Assembly: GCA_003693705.1 (NCBI GenBank)
Contig: RBZT01000125.1
Location: 186,001-250,000, forward strand
Reading direction: 5' to 3'
Source of the DNA: Polymyxa betae A26-41
Lineage: Eukaryota > Protista > Endomyxa: Phytomyxea
Length of the DNA stretch: 64,000 nucleotides
Shown here one piece after another: positions 12,818-25,300 of this stretch. A model generated the notes under the pieces. The model did no database searches. It was given only the letters and a program-made list of their open reading frames with translations, and had not been told where the DNA came from. The stretch's first letter is position 1. Each line of letters opens with the position of its first letter. The translations under genes and the position numbers were made by a program.

Positions 12818-15064
12818 TCAAATGTTAGCTATTGAAGACAGTGTCTCAATCTGCCCAGAAAGATGATCAACCATCGATTGCAACCGAGTTATTCTTTCAG
12901 GCACACTGGCATCGGGTGCTTTAACAGGTTCTTGATTAGCATTGCTTGCAGACAAAAATGACTGCGATAATGTTGATTTTAACTCGGACTCTTCGAGTGA
13001 TAAGTCAGATAATCCAGCATTCAGATTGGCTGTGCTTCGATATCGATTCAGTTGTGTCGAAGGGGAAGCACTTGACAATGTTGAGCGACTATTTCCCCCT
13101 TGTGGACTATCGGAGGGGGATCCCGATCCCGAATCGACGTTCTTTTTAGCTAAACACAGTTTAGCATAATCCGTTGTAGCTAAATCGATAAGTAACGACG
13201 TGATCCTGCATTCGTGCATAAATTCGCGAACAACTGACCGTCGCATTAGAACTCACCCCTCATAACTTCCAGCTATGCGTAAGAGCTTCTGTATCGGCAA
13301 TCGAAGTACAACAGCGGCATATATGCAACGAATGCTGGCGAACCACGTTGTAGTTAAGAATATACAAGATTCGCCAAGACTTTGCCCAACGCTGTATTTT
13401 CTATACACCACATTTGAATTGCCGGAAGACACAGCAGCCAGCACGCCTCGTCGGACAAAATACCTAACAACTCATGAGTGCCACCAGCCAGGAATTGTAA
13501 TCAGTTGATGTCTCTCACCACGAATCACATAGAAACCCAGCTGTTGCTAAATATTGACCTGGCTGTAAATAAATCTCTTCGCACGATGCGAACAGTTCGG
13601 TATGAAACCCAGGATCGTTGACATGCCGGATAAATGGGGATACCTTGATAACATCCTTCATTGTGTGTGCTATAACATCCTTCTGTAACTTCGGAGACAT
13701 GTCTTCCATTAATGAAGCCCAATTATGCGAATGAGATACAGCCTTCCGATAATACGAGCCGACCTCACGAATAACTCGTACTTGAAGCCGAGACGGTAAT
13801 TGCTTTTCGTTCAGGAAAAGCGAAACTTTGTGCATACGTGACCGATATTCACTGCTTGTTCCGTCTGATGACTGAACGATACTGCTAACCGTTGCAGTTA
13901 TATATGAGAACATTGTGGCACCTAACAAATAATTAGCCGTTTAGCATAGTTAGTAGCAAGCAACCTAATGTCATAATGATCATGGAGAAAATCAGCTCTG
14001 CTGGCGATCGCCCAACAATATCACCATATCCAACAGTAGTCAACGTTTGCGTTGCCCAATCTATTTAGCATTTAGAGGCTTATCACAATAATCAGATGGT
14101 TCTTACAAAGTGACATGCAATACAGGTAACCAATCGAAGCACCATTAAGATTGTCTTGATCGATCATATCAAGCCATGATCCATTGCCTCGATTGAGATC
14201 GCCAACCTTATACCACAAACATGCACTAAAATGCACGATGGCAACAATCAGCATTACAACTTTCAGCACTCGAACAGCGCCTTGATGAACAAGAGGGCTA
14301 AATTCCAGCTCGTAGAAGAACTTCCTGAATCGATACGCTCTGAAAAGTTTTAACATGCGAAGTGCTCGAAATATCATTCTTGGGATTTTCAGACTCTTTC
14401 CAAGAGCTGTCAGGAAAGACACTTGAACATATGAAAAATTGGGAATCAAAGCGAATGGAAACGACGACAACGCATCGATCCAGAACCAGCCTGTCAGATA
14501 GGTTTTCGCAATCAATTTTGGGTCAGTAACTAAATCTCCCCATTCATCTTCATAAGCCAAGAAAAACGTGATACAAACATCGGCAATGAACAGGATATCG
14601 ATGATTAGGTCCAAGGTCGTGTACGACCCATCAGTATCGAATACTTCTCGAATAGGCAGAAAGATCAAAGTATAAAGGAGCAGCAACGAAAGAATTAGCT
14701 CCCAAATTCGTCGACCCATATTGTTTGGCATCAGAATATACCATGGATATCTTTTCTTTGAGACACCTTCTTCTAAAGCTGCTTGTAAGGCTTCTGTAAA
14801 CGTATAGATCATACGATCTTCGGAATTCTCCAGCTGCTTCTTCCTGACCTCTTCTTTCCCGATTCGGCCAGCTATATCTTTGAATCGTCGCGCGGCTGGA
14901 CCAAGAGGGGTGGCATTAGCTAATTTTGAGGACTCATCGGTGGCAGAAGCCAAATCTGATGCGGTCGATTCAACAGAGTTCGAAGTGTTCGACGTTGTCG
15001 TTCTATGTGTCGGCTTCTTCTTCAATGTCGCATCTGGTATTATACCCCATGCATGCTTAACCAT
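12818..15064 (-). CDS. Voltage-gated K+ channel with CNBD, paralog 2 (tandem duplicate)
   Basis: PWYILMP, YLTGWFWIDALSSFPF, RALRMLKLFRAYRF, TLTTVGYGDI (about 14020-14050), PGQYLATAG, SLGES. Collinear with paralog 1. Confidence 0.93.
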
Positions 15065-15139
15065 CCTTTCGCCTAGGCTTGATGCCGTACCAATGCATAC
15101 AGATATTTGAGGAGATATTTTCAGCTGATAAGCGAACCG

Positions 15140-15449
15140 TCCATAATATCATTGGTGTCATGTGACAAGCTTCCAGCAGGCGATACGCATAACGCTATCT
15201 CCCTAATCCCAAATACATAAAACAATGCAGACGAAGGTGGGTGTTAACAATAGATGGAAGTTAGGCCTAGGCGGTAGCAATGTTCCATGAATCCATAATA
15301 TCATCGGTGAAAGGAGACAAGCTTTCCTTGCATAAAGCAGGCGATACACATCATAACGCTATCTCCTTAATGCATAAAGCAATGGAGACGAAGGTGGGTG
15401 TTAACAATAGGCGGAAGTTAGGCCTAGGTGGTAACAAAGTGCCATGAAA
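15140..15449. repeat. Diverged ~150-bp tandem duplication (2 copies) upstream of channel paralog 2
   Basis: tccataatatcat...gcaggcgatac...cataacgctatctcc...gacgaaggtgggtgttaacaatag...gaagttaggcctagg...ccatgaa occurs at about 15140-15291 and 15292-15449. Confidence 0.9.
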
Positions 15450-15514
15450 CGGTCTCCCTTCCATTATGAAGGTTGATGTTCTATCTCTGACAAATACAAT
15501 GCGCTATCATTACT

Positions 15515-15573
15515 CATTGATGATGACGTTACCCTTATATATCCTACAGTCGTCCATTGATGATGACGTTACC
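15515..15573. repeat. 19-bp direct repeat CATTGATGATGACGTTACC x2
   Basis: Identical copies at about 15515 and 15555. Confidence 0.85.
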
Positions 15574-15832
15574 ATATCTTTCATCCTATCTCTTACTGTC
15601 GTCTTTTAATAGTTTCATTAAAGAATGGGTAATCAATCATATCATATTACAATCTATGCGGTTGATGCCAATCGGTTCTATAGTCAGTTAGGCGGTCATG
15701 CGGAACATGAATGGTTTGCCTATTTTCAGTATCTACGTGCGAGATTCTCGAACTTATGATTATTTATATGGCAAACGTATACAAAATATCTCAACGAAGC
15801 CGCGTTTGCCATTTGATCTATTTCCAAAGAGC

Positions 15833-17769
15833 ATGTCTATGCAATGTTCAGATCCCAGACAGGAACAAGAACTAAGAGATCTTCGGAACTTAGTAATCAA
15901 ACTACAACGAGATGTGACGCGACAGGTTTGTCAAAGACAGACATCTGATCTGTTGCTTGATAATGTCATTGTTTCCAGGAGGGTCAGATCCAAGATATGA
16001 AGAAGATCATATCGCTTTGTAAAACCGAAGAGCAAGCTGATCAGCAATTCTTATTATTAAGCACACCTGAACATGTCGATAAAAAGTTCGATGCCGTTAA
16101 ACGTCATCTGATGATTGAGATTGACGGCAAAGCCAGCAAATCTGGTAGACAATGGTATCACTGATATCTCATTCATTGATCTCCATTCCAGATTTGAATT
16201 CGGCATTGAGCAAAAAGGCGTCGACAGCGGATTTGATGAATCTGACCCGCGATATGGAATCGCTGATCGATCATATCAAGAAGCATACTATGAATGGCGA
16301 GGTGCTTCATCTGGTAATACAGCCCCATGCATCGACTATGGATCATTGATCAATAGCAGATGTCACCAGTTGATTCGGTTGTGCCGAACCAGTTCACTGC
16401 ATTGAATTCCATTGATACAACTCAACTCGATCTGATGGCTGAGCAACTGAGCGCTCTGGAGAGCGCCTTCGACGACTTCGTCTCGGGCGCTGAACCGAAA
16501 CCGACCAAGAAATCGTCATCAAAAGGGCATAGCAGTGGCCCAATACGTCAGGTCTTGAAGACTGCCACACAAATCTGCAACTAAGTCTGGCTGTTCAGAT
16601 TCACGAACTAACAGATCACATTTCCACGTTTGACAAGATCTGTGGCGAGCTTGATACCAAGGTTGCACTAGATGGCCCGTATTATCAATGTTGCTGAACA
16701 ATGCCTTGATGCAGTATAAAACGTTATCGGAATGCGCCAACACCTATCCTGATAAATTGACCGAATGTATCAAGACCACAGGAACCTCCCAGCAGGCGAT
16801 GGTATCTGTCGAGCAGATGATCAGCTCTACGGCAATGGATCCAGAAAAGATCTACCTGGAAGTTCACCCGAAGGTTCAGGTTTGGCCGCCAGAGACCGAG
16901 ATCTACCGTTATCGAAGACTGTGTCTAGGAGATGTCCAAAAATATGTCGAAAGCGTTAGAATATATGGAAGAGGAAGTCAACAACAATCGGATGCTGAGC
17001 TCGAGGAATATCGATCAAGATCTTGTAAGCAGCAAGACCTCAATACTTTTCAGCATGTTTGCAATCGTGACGATTTCGCAGGGGCGACTTCGAAACGACC
17101 TATCCCAGCTGCAGACAAATTTACAGGAGCAGATTCGTTCAATTTCGGATATCATAGGCAGACTGAATCGAGATGATACCGCTCATAGCAAAAAATTGGC
17201 AATCTGGCAGGAGGATATCATGAATACTTTAAATCTTGTCAAAAACACGGCGGAATCCAACCAAACTGAGCTCAAAAATTTCCAGCAACCTATTCTTGAT
17301 CAAATCAATATCATGAAATCCGAAAACAGTAATAACGTTTGTTTGCAGGTTTGAATATTCTCACGTGGTCAATAGAGATGTTCTTCAAAGAGTTGTTGCG
17401 GATTGAAGGTCAGTGCGAAGAATTGATTTACGAGTTTAAGAGAAGCTCCAAGGACCAGAAACATGGAAATAGATAATAAAATGTCAAGATAACGCAAACC
17501 GGAGAAGCTCTAGAAAGTAAGTTAAGACTTTCCTTTCAATCAAATCCAGAGCTGCTGGCGTTTGATGACTCTGCAGAATCGCCGGTTGACATTATCCTGA
17601 GAAGTTTATCGATACTTGCTCAATCTGAATTACGTTCTATCAAGGGTCTTCTACTCGAACTGCATTCTCTAGATGATAACAGTACAACAGGCTCGAAGAG
17701 AAGCGGCCTGCATTGACAAACGGTGATGCAGGGAGTGCGGTTTCGGAGACAAAGTTGCCCAGAGTATAG
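15833..17769 (+). CDS. Hypothetical coiled-coil protein (multi-exon)
   Basis: Exons QELRDLRNLVIKLQRDV, DLNSALSKKASTADL, RLRNDLSQLQTNLQEQIRSISD. Probable last exon YNRLEEK...TKLPRV*. Confidence 0.6.
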
Positions 17770-17799
17770 GAATAGCCACCAGCAATTGCCTGAGAAAAG

Positions 17800-18702
17800 A
17801 GGCGTTGCATTGGAAGAGCAGAGGTTGTTATTGAGCTGAATCTAAACAATGCAGTTCTGCATCAGACCGCTAACTATAATTAACAATCAGCATAACCGCC
17901 TAAGGTTGTACTCATCATGAGCCGGAACGTCAGAGTCGGCCAGCGCTTTCCGAACGGAACGAGGACCTGCTCCCTTGTGCTGAACGTGACAGCACCGCCT
18001 GTCGATTATATTCATCAAACTAGACGATTCCATTCCATTCCTTCCATATCGCCACCTAGGTAAGGATACACATCACCGACACTCGCATCGCCATTGGTTG
18101 AGTGGTACAATGGGGTCTTGGCAAGAATCTTGTATCTTGGGTTCGCCCTTGCAGCACAAGTACAAGTTGCTGATTCGACAAGGGATTTTCCTTTTCCGTC
18201 TTCTGCTGTGATAGTTGTAAGGTCATTCCGTCTCCCCCTCCACTTCTGAATGGCTTCAGCGTTTGAAACAAACGACGACCTTCTCAAGAAAGCGTGGTTT
18301 TGCTGGTTCTCAGCGTTCCATGATAATCTGCCTGTTGAGCTTTTCGTGATCTCGTTTGAGACCAAAGTCGTTAGCTTATCTGTAAGATATCGACGAATAC
18401 ATATCAGCCTTTATGTGCCTGCCACCTCCATCCCAGTCATTGCTTGCTGCTCAGTTTGTCTGACCGAGTGACGCCGCCCTGTTTGCCTGAACAGTGGACA
18501 ATGCTTGCGCTCAGTTACCGGAAGCGAACTCAACAGTGTGCGAAATCAAAAAAATCTGAGGACGAGCATCCAAGGTGAAGAGCCCCAAGTCGATCGTTGC
18601 TTTATCTTCATTTTGATTTAGCTTTGACATTGACATTATGATGCCAACGCTCCCTTGCCTCAGCGCTCGCGTTTTTGGCGCCACCGCTGTCAGCGTCGCC
18701 AT
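17800..18702 (-). CDS. Hypothetical protein (structure uncertain)
   Basis: Minus ORFs 18511-18702 and 18015-18365 are separated by intron-sized gaps. No domain recognised. Confidence 0.35.
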
Positions 18703-18988
18703 TCATGGAGCAATTACTTTGCTCAGTACGAATCTGGTTGCGAGCTCTCCCGTGCTTAGTCGCATCGACAGAGTATTGCCTTGGAGAAAGCGATCGCGAT
18801 CATCTTCCTGGTTCTGAACCCGTGGATCAACTTTCACATCTACGAAAGCTTAGTATCCGACCCCAATCCTGTATGGTCGGTTTCTTTCCTACCGGATGTC
18901 CTATTCGTGATTCGGGTGAACATGCTTAAACTTTCACAATCACGTCTTGATCATTTTGGGTTCAGATGTTGATTCACCCCGTGTAACA

Positions 18989-19387
18989 ATGGCCCGCGCG
19001 TCGCTTTCAGATCTCGCTTCTAAAAATCCTGAAATTGCCAACCTCATCGGGTCATTACCTGCTGCCTTCCAAGTTGACACACTTGACAAACAGCTATCAT
19101 ATACGAAAGCTGATTCTTCCCTTCCAATTGGCAATGATACGGAATCAGAGCCCATCAAATCCAATTCTTCCCTGAGAAAGCGGCAGCCACAAGGCTGCAG
19201 TTCCAATAAGTTGAAGTCGTTCATTGAAGATCAGCTACGGAAGAAACGTCCCCGGGCGGTACGTTGCCGATCATGGTCTGAGGTCGTGCAAGGGGTGCAA
19301 GCCGCTACAGAATGGGAGCGGGTCCAGTATCGAGCTCGAACTTGGGCCGACGTCGCCAGACAAATGCCGAGTTCGTATAGAATATGA
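18989..19387 (+). CDS. Small hypothetical protein with two S/T-W-x-E/D-V motifs
   Basis: ATG 18989 (MARASLSDLASKNPEIA) to stop 19387; contains SWSEVV and TWADVA. Confidence 0.5.
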   Translation: MARASLSDLASKNPEIANLIGSLPAAFQVDTLDKQLSYTKADSSLPIGNDTESEPIKSNSSLRKRQPQGCSSNKLKSFIEDQLRKKRPRAVRCRSWSEVVQGVQAATEWERVQYRARTWADVARQMPSSYRI

Positions 19388-19899
19388 TATCAGAGGGCTA
19401 CCGATGATACATTCCGTTTAGACGATTGCATTGCAGCTATATAGTAGCTCAAACCATAAATACATCTCTTCAAGTTAATAAACATGAATATCACCTATTT
19501 ACACTAATGTACAATGTCAAGGCGAATGAACAGACGAATTTCTCCTGATAACATCGTAATACAGCGATTACACAGTAGAGCACTCAAGGGACGTCCAAAT
19601 CAGGCAATCAGGACATTGCCCGTAGCCATATTACAGAGAAGGATGATGAGGGTTTCGTCGTGAATTCGTCCCAGTCAGTGTGACAGTTTTTTATCTTACA
19701 AAGGGGCCGCAAGAGGCTTATGCTGTCTTTACCAAAAAGATTGGACACGTCTGAGGGCAACGGCGACGTCCAGAAACCTCTGTAGTCCTCCATTCTGTTC
19801 TGTCGGCCGATTCCGCCTGTACCTCTATTCTGATCCGTTCCGAAAGCTTGAAGAGAACGGACATTTGATTTAAATTGTTGAATTTGACCGGGATCTCAC

Positions 19900-20743
19900 A
19901 TGGACGAACGACGAGAATCGAGGTTCGAACGTGGTCTTGCTCTGCTAGATGGCGGTCATTACGAGGAAGCCCGCAGCTATTTAGCAGAATCGTTAGAGAA
20001 AGAAGGGTATTCAGAGGAATGCTATGTTTCCTTTCTCGATGTTTGCACTCTTCTCAAAGAACGGTTTCCTGATCACGAGGCAGTAGAAGAAGCTGACACG
20101 CAAGACGACAGTCTGCAAGAGGCAGGCCGAATAGCAATGGAAGAAGGGATCCGCCATCTTGAGAAGGGACGTTATGGTCGTGCGATTCATAAACTTCGTA
20201 AGTCAGATGTCACTGCTCCCAAGAAGCATGTTATCATCGTTGTTAGGGGAAGTCGTAGAGACAGGTCCTCAAATTGCAACTGATGCTTTGCTGAAAGCCC
20301 TGCATAAAAAAGCCAAACAGGTAAGCATATGCTACCGATTCGACTGAAATACTAAACCACATTAAGTACATAGAGCGGAAGCTCTTTCGCAAGGCGATTT
20401 TGCTCTACGATGAATGTCTGAAGCTGGGAGACAGTAGCTCCCAAACCTACTACCTACGTGCTTGGACTAACCTGCACGCTGGCAATATCGTCCAAGCGCA
20501 GATGGACATGAGACGAGCCCAGCAGCTCGTTGCCGTCCAAGACCAGACCTCTCTAACACAGAGAAGGATACAGAATGGAGAAGACGAGGCCGGTGCGCCA
20601 CTGTCCAATACAGTGAGCGTAACATCAACTTCAGTAGAGAGATCCCTTCAAACACTCACTCATCTAATCAGTCAATGAAGTCACGACCGATTCAACAGCT
20701 TTCAGGCGTCGATTATGTATTTGGACAGATACAATCTCGCTAA
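19900..20743 (+). CDS. TPR-repeat protein
   Basis: Helical TPR-like motifs: RGLALLDGGHYEEARSYLAESL, EGIRHLEKGRYGRAIHKL, KAILLYDECLKL, YYLRAWTNLHAGNIVQAQMDMRRA. Confidence 0.75.
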
Positions 20744-20779
20744 GGAATACACGGCCCTACCGAGTTCTGCAGGCTTACA

Positions 20780-22203
20780 GATGTCCAGCGTCAATAGTCA
20801 TTTGCGATTTTAGACGGGCCAGAACCGCCTGCCAATGTGGCTGGAGTTCACAGTCGAGAACATCGTCGGGGGACTCTGTGATCATTGGCGAGTCGGTTCT
20901 CGGCACATGCAGAGCACAGCTATCTTCTCCTTCGATAGCTGATCTCATTTGCAGGATTTTAAGCTGATCGTTGAGCTAGGAGCAGCTTAGAACTTCTATA
21001 ATCGGCCAGAATTTGAACCGTACTCTTAGACATTGCTCTTCGCAGGAAGATTTCAGAGTAACAAGCTGTTGCTCGCCTTCCTGCAATCGGTTTTGTAGTG
21101 TAGTAAAGATGTCGCATTTGTTGAACTGCGATGGAATGACGAGTTCATTCCCTGACTGGTCAATGGCAAACGTCTGGTCGTTGCTTTGACTAGAACGACC
21201 CCAGCCTTCCATCTCGTAAGACCGAGGTTTTCAATTCTGGTAATGATTCACTATGGACTATGATGATGCTTCCCAAGTCTCAAAGTATCTCTTCCCGTCA
21301 CAAGTTGCATTCATCATATGACCGGTCTTGGCGTGTTGATTACCGCTACGTAGAAGATTTGGCAAAATCTTATTACGGATAAGTCCCCCGATTCTATATC
21401 GAGCCTCCCACTAATCATATAGCTGCTGCCAAAGAGAGGCTGAAGAATATCTCGACAATGATTGATTTGGTAAACATTTTCCCTGTATCAATCTGACGGC
21501 AGTTGAAACTGGACTTGTCGCTGGTGAGTTGCATTAGCATGGGTGCTATTCCGCCTAGAAATGGGTTATGTTGCCGGCTGCTCTACAAGCTCAATGATCG
21601 TCACGAAACCGATGTGCACGGCCAGCGGGCAGTTATCGATTACGACTGGGGATAGTAAATCTCTTGAAATGGCGCTGTGATAGGCCCTGCGCCACGAACT
21701 GATTTCAAATGCTTTAATACTGTGTTAGATAAGTTGAATAAAGTTCTATCTGCTTCACGAAACCATCAACAAATGATAATATCCATTGTTGGGGTGGCTT
21801 TTCAGAACCAAGCACGTCCAATGAACAGGCGCCAAGCTGTCGCCATCGCCTCCGGGAAGTCGCCGACTATTCCAACGAAAAACCTCAGCTCAACAGACGG
21901 TTGGACTTCCGGACCTCAAATGTGGTGCCACTTGGGTTGGCGACGACCGTCACCACCAGTTTAGATGACGACATCTTTTGGCATATGAGGTACCCTGAAG
22001 GAGGGCGAGGCAACATGCCTCTGGTCACCACATGGTGCCCAGAGCGAACCGTTAGCAAATCGAGCCAGGCTGAGCAATAGCTGATTAACCAAATTGGAAT
22101 TGTTTGCGATGGTATCCGAAATCCTGTTATGGAAAGAAAGAAGGTAATCGAATTCCTTTAGACAACTCACGTGATACAGCCACTGATTGGATCCAACGAC
22201 ATA
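20780..22203 (-). CDS. Hypothetical protein (many small exons; ends approximate)
   Basis: ATG near 22203 (MSLDPISGCI), then GT-AG introns. Later exons include a short coiled coil (TLQNRLQEGEQQLVTLKSSCEEQ). Confidence 0.4.
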
Positions 22204-22364
22204 ACGATTTTTTTCATTGGCTTGCCTAAAAAACTGGGTTGATTTGCATTTGTTTCATCTGTTGGGAAAAAAACGATCGATTGTCGATCACAGTTTTTTG
22301 TGCTTGAATCAAAGACCCTTCGGTCATTGAATCGTCAATGTGTTAATAACTGCATACCGAATAT

Positions 22365-25300
22365 TTATTGCTTATCTTGAGTACATTGGGATTTCTTCTC
22401 AGTCAAGCTCAGAATCTGGTGACGCTTGCTGACAATTTTTGCAGAATCACCGGAAGGCATACTTTGAAGAAGTATTATGATATCAGATAAATGCTTAGAT
22501 ACAGCATCATGACGTATTAGCACCAATAATACATCCAAAGCTGGGCTCCGGATAGATTCATGCTTACTATCGCGAATTGCACCCGTCAATAAAGGGAACA
22601 GTTCGTCAATGAAAGTGGTAGAGCATTCTAAAGGAAGAGATTTTAAGCCTTTGTTGAGAAGTTCTTCCAAGGACGAGAAGGCAGCGCTTTGTACAGCAAG
22701 CTCTTGACCGCGAATGCACCCCAGAATTAAGCCTGCAGCATCGCTGTATTGAACACCTGTATCGAAGTCAAATTGGCAGCCTTTTGTTGATAAGTAGTTA
22801 CCGGATGATGGACTCCAGCAAAAAGGTATACAATTGAGAATTGCGATGAACAGTCTTGTCTGTTCTGTTTTCAGCGACGTCTCGGCGTTCGTCGTTGAAC
22901 CTGCTAAAAGTAGCCTTTGTGCGATTGGAAAGCACAATGATAAGAAGTCAATCTCGGGATATAGTTGAGATAAAGTATTGAGCGCAGAAAACAAAATTGC
23001 TTGGTATAGGAGATCATCAGATCGACGGAATTCGTTCTGAAAAATGAAACTTCAAAATCAGATAAAGAGAGGGGTGGAGAAAAATACCTGGAGAATCTCG
23101 CCAATGTTAGGAACCATTCCTCGGGATCTTATTTGATCAAAGCAGCTGGCAATCAGGGTAGTGAACGCAAGTAAAGCGGCAGACTTTCCAGACCAGAAAG
23201 GACAAGAAACGCAGGAAAGCAATGATCGGTAGAGCGAATCGAAATGACCTAATGAAGTCAGTATGATCTCAGATTGTGTCAGTTTACTACCTGTTTGTTT
23301 ACAACCTGTTGTGGTGTATTCCAATAAGGCCAAGACATCGACGATCGCAAGGGAGGCAGCTTTTTTGAATTCGTAAGACGGGTCATTTAGCGACTTGATA
23401 GCAAAGATAATGATATCCTCTGAGTATTTTCGAATCGAAGACGCGACTCCCAAAGCGTTTTCCTCCAAGCACTTTATAAAGTCAGAATTTGATCGGTTAG
23501 CCAGATTGCTCAGAAACCTGTTTCCACAACAGCGATGCAGACGTGTCGGATGAGAATTTGCCAACATAACAGATTGGAATTAGTTTCGAGTAATGCAATT
23601 TCAACTTAGCGCTATCAATGTGCTCAATTAATGATTTAGATATTAGAGAACAAAGCTCAAGGTCGCCCTTGAAGAACAGCTATGACATATTCACTTAGAA
23701 TATCAAATCATACCATTTACAGTTGGAGTACCTTTTCAACACGAGCGGTGATAGCGGAGAGATCGCTATCACTTGAAATGTTTGCAAGGTGGCCTAAGGC
23801 TACTGACAACGACTTTTGAACTGACGGTCCTACAGATTTAATACCTAGAGTAAATAAGAACGGAGCAAAATAGCAAAAATAACTGACATTGCAAAATCGT
23901 GTTACTCAGAGCTACTGCATGAGGTTCCATAGCAGCAGGCAAATTGGTCGCCAAGGTCGATAGAAACTGAGCTGTAGCATCCAGTGTAGGCAGCCCAGTC
24001 CCTTGCCTCAAAATATCGCTTAAGATACTGATAACCTTCCACCAATCCAATCAGCTACGTTGAACTCGAGTACGAAACGTCAGGATCACCTCGCTGACCA
24101 CCGAATCGTTAATTTGTTGAGCACAAATCTGCAGAGCGCCTGAAATCGGGGACGATTTTGATAAAGACAGACGAACAGCCTCCAGCTGCTCTTGGCTCAC
24201 ATTCAACGTTGCTGTATGAAACATTGCATAATTCAAAATCTTATAACAATTCTTAGTAATTCAACTAGAAAGGATGACGCAAGCCTCTTACTTGAGCTTC
24301 CATTGAAGAAAGTGCTTCAAGGAGAGTACGAAGTAATCTTGGAACATGAGGAACGATCAGCGGCCCAGAAGCACCAATCAACCGGACCAGTGTAGAGATG
24401 GCGATCGAGTTGACCTGAACCCATTTTCAGAAATGTATTTTGACTGCAATATGGAATTACCTCCTTTGATCTGGCCTGCACGCCATTACCTAAAAGAACG
24501 GGAAGAACAATGGCCAACGTAGCTGATGCCTGTGAGGGTCGAGATAAATTGACATCACAGATTCGCTCAAGAATGGAGCTTAATGACACACTCAAAGTCA
24601 ATGCAGCAGCGCGAACGGAGTCCTGAAAGAGTTACTTTAAAACAGGACGTTCAAGACAAATCAGCTGACATTTAGATCATCCAGAACTAAAAATACATTT
24701 CTGTACAAGCTCTCCAGATGGGGACTTAAAACCGTAAACGAGCGTCCTGATATCAATTCTTGGATGGCAGCACAAGAGGATTGTCTTATACGTGCATCAC
24801 GGTCCACCATACAATTGATTAAATCTTTGATGATGGTATCGAAGTTCTCTGAAACAAAATCAATTAGAACATACCAGACATTATACAGGCTGTCTAAACT
24901 TCAAACCTGTCACGGCAGCTGAATCGAGAGAATACACAGCCTTCATTGTCTTTTTGATTTGAGGCAGCGGATCAAATTGGTATCGGTACAATTTGGGGAT
25001 AACCGATTTAATGCAGGGCTCCAAAACTGATGTGATTTGCTGCAAACTATTTGTCGCAAACTGTGCCCCATATTTCGAACTCCAGATGTTATGAGAGCAC
25101 GAAACATCCAATAGCCTTGGAGACAACAGATAAGATTTCGTAACTTCGAATGTTGACATCCTACTGATAGATTAGAGAAGGGTTTCCGAGTTCTCTAGCA
25201 ATGCCGAAGAATTCTTTCACAGACGAGTCTTCATTCTCCTTTTTCATAGCCGGAACTGAGCGTTGTAATTCTCGAATAAGATCCTCTTTGGCTTCAGTTG

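Noticed and set aside
12281-12835. 184-aa plus-strand ORF, and similar ones at 563-958, 34595-34903, 52723-53031 and 59725-60060
   Set aside because: Ser/Phe-rich antisense shadows of well-supported genes on the opposite strand.
15140-15573. Possible CRISPR-like array
   Set aside because: Only two copies of each unit, no repeat-spacer periodicity, no cas genes, and a eukaryotic context.
18700-18707. Head-to-head ATGs two bases apart
   Set aside because: The plus-strand gene more plausibly starts at 18989, and neither upstream ORF has support.
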